Source: Patescibacteria group bacterium (GTDB taxonomy: Bacteria > Patescibacteriota > Patescibacteriia > UBA10025 > JAHIVO01). From it: a stretch of DNA of 64,000 nucleotides. The notes beneath the pieces were generated by a model. It had not been told where the DNA came from. It saw only the letters and a list, made by a program, of their open reading frames with translations, and did not search any database. How positions within the stretch are numbered: the stretch's first letter is position 1; every line of letters starts with the position of its first letter. This document shows positions 56,195-64,000 of this stretch, piece by piece. The position numbers and the translations under genes are program-made. Location of the stretch: contig JBAZKE010000001.1 of NCBI GenBank assembly GCA_041650915.1, positions 379,284 to 443,283 on the forward strand. Reading direction: 5' to 3'.

Positions 56195-56494
56195 AAAGAA
56201 TGTACCGGGTGCATAGAGGCAACAGCGCCGGCGCAACCCAAAAAAATGGCGCGTATTTTTACGCTTGTGATGATGGCGCTCCTTGCCGTGCCTGTTAAGC
56301 CCGTCGCCCTGGCTGAAAACTTGCCCTTGGCATTCATCAACTTCTTCTCGTTACCTCGGGCATGTATACGTTGTTTGTTGGTCGGTACTTTTTTATTCGC
56401 TTTATCCGGCAACCGCAGCACAAAAAACTTTTCTGCCAACGAGTGGCAGGTTGCTGTTGTTGTTAGTTCCTATCTGAAATTGCTGCGGTTAGTA

Positions 56495-57397
56495 TCAGTC
56501 GGGATTTTTGGGCATCTGATTTTTTATGCCGTGCTGCGTGCTATTGGCATGCAGGTCTGTTTTCGGTGCGTGGATCTCGCGGATCGCGTTGAAGAGATCG
56601 GCAAAAAGTTCCTGTTCTTTTCCTTTTGGATTCTGGATGGTGTATTCCCAGTTGCCATGCTTAATTTGGTACAGGGCGTGGCTGAGCATTTTGTACGGGG
56701 CGCTGATTTTACGGGCAACCAAGTATGTAGCGATCAGCAGGATAAGGATAGCGGCACCGACGAATTGGGCAATCGTCGTGAGCATTTCACGCTCTTCCGA
56801 ATTGATAGTTGCTGCTGCGAAATCAACGCCAACTACCGCGACCGTTTTTCCGCTGCTGTCTTTGAGCGGTGCATAGCCCGAAAGCCAGCTGCCCCATTTA
56901 TCGTACGTTATCTGCGGGTCGACTGAGGGCTTTGTGAGCCCCTCTTCCAGTTCTGGGACATCGGTGGTATCATATTCCTCGCCGAGCATTGCTTTTTGTT
57001 CCGTTTCGTCGATATAGCCGTCATTGTCTGCGTCCTTGGTTTCTTTTCCGCTTATCACAAATGTCATCAGGTGGGCGGTATCAGTCGGCCGTAATGTGTA
57101 GATGTCGTCAATTTTTGCATTACCCGCCATGACCGACTGGAGGTATAGTTCGAGAATCCGGTATGAATCGCTATCCTGGTCAGCGGGCTCGAGTAGTTTT
57201 TCGTGGGTTTCCGCTGGTATCAGAGCTGCTGTTTTCGTCGCGATCGCGGCCAATTCATCCTGCGCTTCGCGCATGACTTGGCGAGTAAAAATGATGTATA
57301 CGACGATTCCGATCATGAGCACGGATGCGATAGTGGTAAACGCCAGCAAAAGGAACACCCGCCTTCGGAATGGGTTTAATTCGGCAAGATGGTGCAT
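56495..57397 (-). CDS. Cache-type extracellular sensor domain membrane protein (no output domain; possible truncated sensor kinase/chemoreceptor)
   Basis: TM1, a periplasmic domain with YDKWGSWLSGYAPLKDSSGKTVAVVGVDF (Cache signature), and TM2. The protein ends about 60 aa after TM2. Confidence 0.55.
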   Translation of the reverse strand: MHHLAELNPFRRRVFLLLAFTTIASVLMIGIVVYIIFTRQVMREAQDELAAIATKTAALIPAETHEKLLEPADQDSDSYRILELYLQSVMAGNAKIDDIYTLRPTDTAHLMTFVISGKETKDADNDGYIDETEQKAMLGEEYDTTDVPELEEGLTKPSVDPQITYDKWGSWLSGYAPLKDSSGKTVAVVGVDFAAATINSEEREMLTTIAQFVGAAILILLIATYLVARKISAPYKMLSHALYQIKHGNWEYTIQNPKGKEQELFADLFNAIREIHAPKTDLHANSTQHGIKNQMPKNPD

Positions 57398-57732
57398 GGT
57401 TTTTTCGCTAGTATTAACGGTAATTGTACTACTGCGCAGTTTGTGCAGGATAATTATCTGTTTTCAGTATATCATAAATCAGAATTTATACATTTTATGT
57501 TGCAAAAAATTTTTTATTTTTGAATTTGAATGTCCGTTAGGTGACTGTGAATGACATAATAATCATTCCTCTGATGAAGACGAGTGACCATTGTTAGCAT
57601 AGAGTACGCCATCGAGATACTCGGGTTGCTGCAGGCCAAACTGCTTGTATGCACGGAAGTGGATGAGGCATCTTTTTTATTCTGCTTTTTCTTGGTATAC
57701 TGACAGGGTATACCTCTTTTAACATATCCACT

Positions 57733-57852
57733 ATGAGTGACATCTATTCAGTGCTCGGATGGGGATCGCCGATCGGTACCGGCATATTTCTCCTCATGCT
57801 CGGCGGTTTTATCTACCTCCTCTCGAAGGCGAGCAAGGAAAAGAAAAAGGAG
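57733..57852 (+). CDS. candidate small membrane peptide (39 aa)
   Basis: MSDIYSVLGWGSPIGTGIFLLMLGGFIYLLSKASKEKKKE. Not in the track. Confidence 0.25.
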
Positions 57853-57953
57853 TAGCCGGCCGTTTCCGGCATGGCGACACCTGGTGCCGTGGCATGCATT
57901 TTTTGGCAATAGGATTATACGGGGAGATTAACTAGCAGGTAATTTTAGAACGT

Positions 57954-58643
57954 ATGAAAAAGAATCTCATTCTGCTCGGTTTGGCGGCCATACTGCTCGT
58001 GCCGTCAGCGGTTTATGGGCAGGCTGATCCGACCGAGGTGAAAGTTTTCGATTCGACCGATAACTACCTCGGGGGATGCAGTTTGACAGATACGTCCACC
58101 TGGACGCTTACCAAAGCTCTCGAGGTGACGACCATCCAACTGTGGTACCACTGGCAGGCCGGTGAAACCGAGCTGCCGGTCACGATCACCAAGGATGGCG
58201 AGGCATTCGCATCCTTCACCGCTATCCGCGCCGCGTGCGACCCGTACCAGGCGAGCTGGTGCAATGCTGATTACGCGACCAGCATGACCTTTCCGGCAGG
58301 CACCTATACCACCACTATCCCATCTGCATCTCAGTGCTTAAAACCGGGCGGCACCGGAACGGTACGCCTCTATGGCGCCGAAACGGCAGCCGCGGTGAAT
58401 GCAAATACGGAGCCCAACCTGATCGCAACGGCGAATACGAATGCAAATACAAATACAGCCGTCCTCAATACGAATACAACGAACGCTGCCGTCAACTCTA
58501 TAGCAACAACCGGCAGCAGTGAAGGGGATGACGAGGAGGAGAGCAACGTGCTGGTTTACGTCCTAGTTGGCATCATCGCCGTACTCGCTGGCGTTGTCAT
58601 CGTGATGTTTCTGAAGTGCCCGAAAAAACCGGAAGTACAATAG
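57954..58643 (+). CDS. cell-surface protein: signal peptide, globular domain, Asn/Thr-rich linker, acidic stretch, C-terminal TM anchor
   Basis: MKKNLILLGLAAILLVPSAVYGQA ... NANTEPNLIATANTNANTNTAVLNTNTTN ... DDEEE ... VLVYVLVGIIAVLAGVVIVMF. Confidence 0.6.
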   Translation: MKKNLILLGLAAILLVPSAVYGQADPTEVKVFDSTDNYLGGCSLTDTSTWTLTKALEVTTIQLWYHWQAGETELPVTITKDGEAFASFTAIRAACDPYQASWCNADYATSMTFPAGTYTTTIPSASQCLKPGGTGTVRLYGAETAAAVNANTEPNLIATANTNANTNTAVLNTNTTNAAVNSIATTGSSEGDDEEESNVLVYVLVGIIAVLAGVVIVMFLKCPKKPEVQ

Positions 58644-58662
58644 CCTTTCCCGCACGAACTGA

Positions 58663-58695
58663 ACCGCCCTCCAGCACGGAGGGCGGTTTTATCGG
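58663..58695 (+). terminator. rho-independent terminator
   Basis: CCGCCCTCC-AGCAC-GGAGGGCGG followed by TTTTAT. Confidence 0.6.
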
Positions 58696-58907
58696 TTGGC
58701 GCAAGCCGGGCGTGCGGCAGGATGTGGCTAGCGCGCCGTATCGGCGGAGCTGATCCTTTCATTGACTGCGCATTTTTGCTATACTAAAAACGCTTTATTT
58801 ACTGAGAAGGAATTACGATATGGCATTCGGTCCGGGCTGTCCAGGCTGCTAAGCTATAAAAACAATGCTTACCGATGGCAATGAATTAACCATTAATACT
58901 TTTTACT

Positions 58908-59483
58908 ATGGCACAGCTCGCGGGATCAAAGACAGAACAGAATCTGCTCAAGGCGTTTTCCGGGGAGTCGCAGGCAAGGATGCGGTATGATTACTTTTCG
59001 AGCGCTGCGAAAAAGGACGGGCTCGTCCAGATTTCGAACCTCTTCGCGGAGACGGCGCTCAATGAAAAGGAGCACGCGAAACGCTTCTTCAAGTTTCTCG
59101 AAGGGAGGCCGGTCGAAATTACGGCGACGTATCCGGCAGGCAAGATCGGTACGACGCTTGAAAACCTGAAAGCGGCGGCAGACGGAGAGAAGGAAGAATG
59201 GGGCGAGCTCTACCCGCAGTTCGCGAAAGTAGCTGAGGCAGAGGGTTTCCATGAGATCGCTGCGGCATTCACCATGATCGGAACGGTCGAGAAGGCGCAC
59301 GAAACGCGCTACCGGAAGCTGTACGATAACCTCGAGCAGGGCAGGGTGTTCAAGCGCGGAGACACGCTCGTGTGGAAGTGCAACAACTGCGGTTACCTGC
59401 ACGAGGGCAAGGAAGCGCCGGAACTCTGCCCGGCATGCAAGCATCCCCAGGCGCACTTCGAGATTTTTGTCGAAAGCTACTAG
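58908..59483 (+). CDS. rbr: rubrerythrin
   Basis: Diiron ferritin-like domain (ExxH pairs) and a C-terminal rubredoxin-like CNNCGY...CPAC. Confidence 0.9.
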   Translation: MAQLAGSKTEQNLLKAFSGESQARMRYDYFSSAAKKDGLVQISNLFAETALNEKEHAKRFFKFLEGRPVEITATYPAGKIGTTLENLKAAADGEKEEWGELYPQFAKVAEAEGFHEIAAAFTMIGTVEKAHETRYRKLYDNLEQGRVFKRGDTLVWKCNNCGYLHEGKEAPELCPACKHPQAHFEIFVESY

Positions 59484-59493
59484 TAAAAACCAA

Positions 59494-60228
59494 ATGGAGA
59501 AACACAACGTTAAGGCAATCGTAAAGAACCGGTACGCTTCCATCGCGCGGACGTCGGGCAGCGGATGCGGCTGCTCGCGCACGGGCAGCACCTCCCGCAA
59601 GCTTGGGTATACCGAAGACCAGCTCGCGCAGGTCGGCGATGCGGATCTCGGGCTCGGGTGCGGCAACCCCGTTGCGTTCAGCAGCATCGAGGAAGGGGAT
59701 ACAGTGCTCGACCTCGGAAGCGGGGCAGGCATTGACTGCTTTCTCGCCTCCAAGAAGGCCGGATTGAGCGGGAAGGTGATCGGAATCGATTTTACGGAAG
59801 AGATGGTCGTGAAGGCGAAAACGAACGCGCTCAAGGGAGGCTTCGATAATGTGGAGTTCAGGCTTGGGGACATTGAGAAGCTGCCGATTGACAGCGGCAC
59901 TGTCGATATCATTATTTCAAACTGCGTTATCAACCTGGCACCCGATAAAGATGCGGTTTTTGCCGAAGCGTTCCGCGTGCTGAAGCCCGGCGGGAGGCTG
60001 TTCGTTTCCGATATCGTCCTGCTCGCTGAGCTTACCGAGAAGCAGCGCAACGACGAAAATTTGCTCTCGGGCTGCGTCGCCGGGGCGCTGCGTCGGGACA
60101 AGTACATTGCCCGCCTCGAGCGTGCAGGATTTGACGTTGAAATCCTGTCCGAAAACAAACACATCAGCAAGGAGCAGTATGAGGGCATTCCGCTCGAGAG
60201 CCTGCTCGTCGAGGCGAGGAAACCGTAG
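59494..60228 (+). CDS. arsM: ArsM-like SAM-dependent methyltransferase (arsenite methyltransferase family)
   Basis: YASIA, conserved Cys (GLGCGNP), SAM motif VLDLGSGAGID. Start at the ATG at 59494. Confidence 0.7.
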   Translation: MEKHNVKAIVKNRYASIARTSGSGCGCSRTGSTSRKLGYTEDQLAQVGDADLGLGCGNPVAFSSIEEGDTVLDLGSGAGIDCFLASKKAGLSGKVIGIDFTEEMVVKAKTNALKGGFDNVEFRLGDIEKLPIDSGTVDIIISNCVINLAPDKDAVFAEAFRVLKPGGRLFVSDIVLLAELTEKQRNDENLLSGCVAGALRRDKYIARLERAGFDVEILSENKHISKEQYEGIPLESLLVEARKP

Positions 60229-60368
60229 CATATTTATTTTTACATAAGCAGAATGGCCGAAATCTCCATACTACGTGTGCTTATTAGTTTCGTACTGTTA
60301 TCTGAACCCTGGCGGGAATGAACTTTGTGCGGCTGCACAGCTGCTGAGAAAAACGTAGCGTAACGTGT

Positions 60369-60995
60369 ATGGCGTACCAACTGATGCGGTACATTTTTGA
60401 TCCGCTGCTGAAAAAACGCGTCACTGCCTCAGGCACGGAGCACGTGCCGCAGAGCGGTCCCGTACTCTTCGTGGCGAACCATGTTGGGTGGCACGATCCA
60501 GCCTTGCTCTTCCGGACGCTCATCGTCGCGTCGGGGTACCGGCGGATACACTCAGTGACTGACTGGAACATTTTCCGGTATGAGCCGATCCGCTCGTGGG
60601 TCGGTGCAATCCCGCTGCACGCAGACCGTTCGCGTACTTTCAATAAGGCACGGCAGTGTTTGATCGAGGGCAAGCCTTTCGTAATCTATCCGGAGGGCGG
60701 CATCAATGAGTCGGATACGATCCATTCCGTCAAGAGCGGCGCTGCCCGGCTCGCGCTTGAAACGCACTCGCCGGTTATCCCGGCCGGCATACGGAACAGG
60801 TCTGCCGTACCGCGGACACGCTGCAGGCGCCTGCTTGGCATTCTGACGGGCAGGGTGGAGGTACGGATCGGAGAGCCGATTCCCCTCGGCCAATGGTATG
60901 GCAGTGCGATGACCGGGCAGAACATCCGCAACGTTACCGATGCCATCATGGAGCGGGTAGCCGAGCTTGCGGGCAAGCAGTATAAGCCTTTATAA
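60369..60995 (+). CDS. plsC: 1-acyl-sn-glycerol-3-phosphate acyltransferase
   Basis: NHVGWHD (HxxxxD) and YPEGG acyltransferase motifs. Confidence 0.8.
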   Translation: MAYQLMRYIFDPLLKKRVTASGTEHVPQSGPVLFVANHVGWHDPALLFRTLIVASGYRRIHSVTDWNIFRYEPIRSWVGAIPLHADRSRTFNKARQCLIEGKPFVIYPEGGINESDTIHSVKSGAARLALETHSPVIPAGIRNRSAVPRTRCRRLLGILTGRVEVRIGEPIPLGQWYGSAMTGQNIRNVTDAIMERVAELAGKQYKPL

Positions 60996-61007
60996 AAAAT
61001 AACCGGT

Positions 61008-61715
61008 ATGAGCTCAGCACGAGACGTACGGTCAGCGCTTAAAAAATACAGCAATACGGAGAAGGCTCGCATTTTGCAGCGTTTTTTCAAAACAGGAAAA
61101 GGCGAGTACGGCGAGGGAGACGTGTTTCTCGGCGTCACGGTGCCGGTACAGCGCCAGGTCGCGCGCCGGTTCCAGGATTTGCCGCTGGCCGAAGCGGCGC
61201 GCTTGCTGAAGAGCAGCGTGCATGAAGAACGCCTGACGGCGCTTTTTATCCTCGTAGCTGCGTTCAAGAATGCCGGTGCTGCTGTGCGAAAAAAGATATT
61301 CGGGCTCTACCTGAAAAACGCACGCCGGATCAACAACTGGGATCTCGTCGACAGCTCTGCGCCGAATGTCGTCGGAGCCTACCTCATCGATAAGCCGCGT
61401 GCGGTCCTGTATCGGTTAGCGCAGTCGCCCAATCTGTGGGAGCGACGCATAGCCATGCTGGCAACGTACGCATTCATCAGGCGGAACGATTTTCAAGCCA
61501 CGCTCACGATTGCGAAGATGCAGCTCCAGGACAAGCACGACCTCATGCACAAGGCGGTCGGGTGGATGCTCCGGGAGGTAGGCAACCGGGACCGGGCTGC
61601 CGAGGAAGCGTTTCTGCAGCGGCACTACCGTACAATGCCGTGCACCATGCTCCGGTACGCGGTAGAGAAGTTCGACGAGCGGACGAGGAAGGCATACCTC
61701 GCCGGGACGAGGTAG
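61008..61715 (+). CDS. DNA alkylation repair protein (AlkD/AlkC-like HEAT-repeat glycosylase family)
   Basis: N-terminal KYSNTEKARILQRFFKTGKGEYGEGDVFLGV and WMLREVG are characteristic of the DNA_alkylation family. Confidence 0.7.
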   Translation: MSSARDVRSALKKYSNTEKARILQRFFKTGKGEYGEGDVFLGVTVPVQRQVARRFQDLPLAEAARLLKSSVHEERLTALFILVAAFKNAGAAVRKKIFGLYLKNARRINNWDLVDSSAPNVVGAYLIDKPRAVLYRLAQSPNLWERRIAMLATYAFIRRNDFQATLTIAKMQLQDKHDLMHKAVGWMLREVGNRDRAAEEAFLQRHYRTMPCTMLRYAVEKFDERTRKAYLAGTR

Positions 61716-61826
61716 CGTAAGGAAACTATGCCCGTACAGTTGACGTTGTGCTGTTTTTTTAGTACGGTAGAGTATAAAAGTGTAAAAACCAAAAACAAAA
61801 AGAAAAAACGACTGGAGGTTGAAAAC

Positions 61827-62444
61827 ATGTGTAAACAAACGACGAAGCCGGTTCCGCTGAAACCGGTCCTTCTTGATACGGTGAGCTTCGTGCTCTTGTC
61901 CATTATTATGATTTGCCCGCTCTTTATCGGCATACATATGAAGCAGATTCCGCCGATACCGGGGGGCATCGCCATTCTGTGCTTCGGGGCAACGCTCCAC
62001 GGGATCGGGCTCAAGGTGGCGTGGAAACAGAACAAAACGTTCGCAGCCGGCATCATCGGGCTGTTCTACGCCTTCTGGCTGTACTGCGGTTTCGGGCTGC
62101 TTGCGCTTGGATTCGGAACCATTGAAAAAGAGCAGTTCGATTCTGTTTTCGTGTGGTGTGAGCTGCCGCTGGCACTCTCGATCCTCATACTCGCTTTTGC
62201 GTACTGTGGGGTCAAGAGGCTGTTCCGGATTTTGCTCGGCCTGATGGGCACGGTCGTCTACCTGTGGCTGTCGAAAGTGCTGTTTCACGGGCTCCAGAGC
62301 GGCGTTCCGGTTGTCGTGGGCGCGCTGATGCTCGGCAGCACCATTGTGTTCATTTTGCAGTTGCGGGAGCACGCGCGGAAGCTCAGGGAGTATGAGGAGT
62401 ACGAACGGACGCACATTAGCCAGTGCACCTGCCGTCAGGAATAA
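61827..62444 (+). CDS. hypothetical polytopic membrane protein
   Basis: Start taken at MCKQTTKP; about 6 TM segments. Confidence 0.45.
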   Translation: MCKQTTKPVPLKPVLLDTVSFVLLSIIMICPLFIGIHMKQIPPIPGGIAILCFGATLHGIGLKVAWKQNKTFAAGIIGLFYAFWLYCGFGLLALGFGTIEKEQFDSVFVWCELPLALSILILAFAYCGVKRLFRILLGLMGTVVYLWLSKVLFHGLQSGVPVVVGALMLGSTIVFILQLREHARKLREYEEYERTHISQCTCRQE

Positions 62445-62598
62445 GAAGGTATAGATCGGCTTGACGGGTAACGTCCGCTGCATTCGCGTAGCGGACGTTT
62501 TTATTTAACCGCAACTGTCCCCATCCGGAGAAAGTCCGGCGCCGCGTGGATCGTGCAGATTACGCATGCTGAAGTTGATTGTTTTATTGGTATAGGAG

Positions 62599-63294
62599 AT
62601 GTATAGTAACGATATGAAATTAACATTACTACTGTTCAGTATACTGTTTCTGTTTTCAGTGCCGTTTGTTTCAGAAGCGCAGGTAAATGCTGATTTTTTG
62701 GGGACGACGTTTGCTTTGGGCACTGCGGAAATAGGCGGTGAAATTATCCGTACCATACAATGGGTGCTCGGCGGGATTGGTTTATTGCTCGTACTCGGCA
62801 TGCTCGTTGCTGCGGCGAATGTCATTGCACGGTCCTACAACCTCAGGCACTTCGCTGAGGAGCACCAGTTGCCGGTGCAGGCAGAGCCTGCCGGCATGGC
62901 ACAGCGCCGGGCGATCAAAAAACGCTTGAACGATTACAACTGGATGTGGATTGCGGGTGTTTGTTTAATTCTGTTTGGGGGAGTCCTGTCGATTTTTTAT
63001 TTGCTCGCATTGCCTGTCGGTCTAACGCTCATCATCATCGGCCTGGTGCACGACAGCAAGCTCCGCCGGGAGCTGCGCGCTTTTGACGCAGCGAATCCGA
63101 ACGTTTTTGCACAGTGGAACCAATTTCGGTCCGGCATTCAGCCTGTGTTCCTGCCAGAGTACGAAGCGCAGCTGAAGCACCGGCGCATATGGGTTGCGAT
63201 CGGCGTCGGATGCTTGGTCGGCCTCTTTGGAATCCTCATGGCATGGGCGATCGTGATTTTTGTTCCAGGTCCAGTGCCGGAGGTTACCGTATAA
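62599..63294 (+). CDS. hypothetical membrane protein
   Basis: 231 aa with several TM segments. Confidence 0.45.
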   Translation: MYSNDMKLTLLLFSILFLFSVPFVSEAQVNADFLGTTFALGTAEIGGEIIRTIQWVLGGIGLLLVLGMLVAAANVIARSYNLRHFAEEHQLPVQAEPAGMAQRRAIKKRLNDYNWMWIAGVCLILFGGVLSIFYLLALPVGLTLIIIGLVHDSKLRRELRAFDAANPNVFAQWNQFRSGIQPVFLPEYEAQLKHRRIWVAIGVGCLVGLFGILMAWAIVIFVPGPVPEVTV

Positions 63295-63560
63295 TGTAAA
63301 TGTACGTGCGCCTGCTGCGGAAGGGGGAATGGTACTGATAAAATAATTTGTCCGTAGTGAGCCTATTGCTCATTGCGATTGCAACGGTTTTTGTTGTTTG
63401 CGTTTTGACTATTGGCGGCGATGTGGATGTGTTAGTCTGTGGAAATATCTTTTTTAAAGGCGGACCGGCCTTGATATTGCTCTTGTGTCATGGTACAGTG
63501 CACCAGCCATACGAGAAAATAACGGCATAGAAGCCACAACTTCCAGTAACCAAACGCCAT

Positions 63561-64000
63561 ATGTCAGATCAGGCACTCACCGTACTCAACCTACTCTCAT
63601 TTATTGCGGTTATCGGCAACGCCGCGATTGTAGCGCTTGCGATAGTTTTAATCGCCAATCAGGGCGCGAAGAAAAGATTTAGTAAGCTCTCCGGGTACCT
63701 CGGGGAGCGGGGGCTGCTCTTCGCACTGTTTATCGCGGTCCTGGGGACGATCGGCAGCCTATACTTTTCGGAAATAGCGCACCTCCCGCCGTGCAAGCTC
63801 TGCTGGTTCCAGCGGATAGCCATGTACCCGCAGGTGATCCTGCTCGGTATTGCAATCTGGAAAAAGCACACGTTCATCGCCCTGTACGGCATCGTGCTAT
63901 CGGCTGTTGGAGCTGCGATTGCGGTATACCACTACTACATACAGATGGTCCCGACTGGGCTTGTCCCGTGCTCAATCTACGATCCCGTTTCTTGTACCGA
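63561..64000 (+). CDS. disulfide bond formation protein B (DsbB/BdbC-like), partial at window end
   Basis: MSDQALTVLNLLSFIAVIGNAAIVA...PPCKLCWFQRIAMYP...VPCSIYDP. Cys pairs placed as in BdbC. Not in the track because the frame stays open to the window edge. Confidence 0.7.
   Translation, partial: MSDQALTVLNLLSFIAVIGNAAIVALAIVLIANQGAKKRFSKLSGYLGERGLLFALFIAVLGTIGSLYFSEIAHLPPCKLCWFQRIAMYPQVILLGIAIWKKHTFIALYGIVLSAVGAAIAVYHYYIQMVPTGLVPCSIYDPVSCT

Noticed and set aside
56246-56926. Plus-strand ORF 56246..56926 versus minus-strand 56495..57397
   Set aside because: The minus-strand frame encodes a recognisable Cache sensor with two TM helices. The plus ORF has no motif and odd composition.

Overview
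This 64 kb window is from a bacterial chromosome of roughly 55-58% GC, with an AT-rich island at about 40.5-44.4 kb. The gene content (T-box leader, PSP1/RicT, DUF3048 lipoproteins, DsbB/BdbC, rubrerythrin) suggests a monoderm or uncultivated lineage, but I cannot assign a taxon from sequence alone.

Positions 1-18.4 kb are core housekeeping genes: thrS with a T-box leader, dnaE, a SEDS ftsW/rodA, rplY, two tandem DUF3048 paralogs, prfA-prmC, rpmE, rpsB-tsf, PSP1, and a TPR protein.

Positions 18.5-20.3 kb are a scarred tRNA locus. It carries tRNA-Thr(GGT), tRNA-Tyr, tRNA-Thr(TGT), rpmG and tRNA-Trp, plus tRNA fragments, a ~195 bp tandem duplication that includes the tRNA-Tyr 3' end, a tRNA-Thr-like pseudogene with a ~110 nt structured insertion, and a duplicated tRNA-Trp 3' end. 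The usual secE-nusG neighbours are missing.

Positions 20.2-36 kb are mixed accessory genes. They include a GNAT, a MazG-like protein, an NTF2-like protein, an ArsR-YHS/copA/permease-cupredoxin/copZ copper operon with a palindromic operator, recX, dedA, greA, a PLP Cys/Met enzyme flanked by a duplicated greA 3' end, secreted Cys-rich and Asn/Thr-linker proteins, and an intergenic tandem repeat.

Positions 36-46.3 kb are an accessory/mobile block. A near-identical sigma70-type promoter module recurs at least six times. An hsdM 5' fragment is fused to a secreted protein. The AT-rich phage-like island carries a candidate DpnII/MboI-like REase with a Dam-class MTase, RusA, and a candidate fused MNT-HEPN protein. 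A Gp49/HigB-XRE toxin-antitoxin pair and small membrane peptides follow.

Positions 46.6-64 kb return to housekeeping and miscellaneous genes: an M20 peptidase, a DEAD-box helicase, typA, an 860-aa repeat/FG-GAP surface protein, an FAD oxidoreductase, a truncated Cache sensor, rubrerythrin, arsM-like, plsC, a DNA alkylation repair protein, and a partial dsbB/bdbC.

The most plausible candidates for novel biology are the repeated promoter cassette, the MNT-HEPN fusion within the phage-like island, and the att-like duplications at the tRNA and greA 3' ends. Coordinates of non-coding motifs are approximate (within a few nt).
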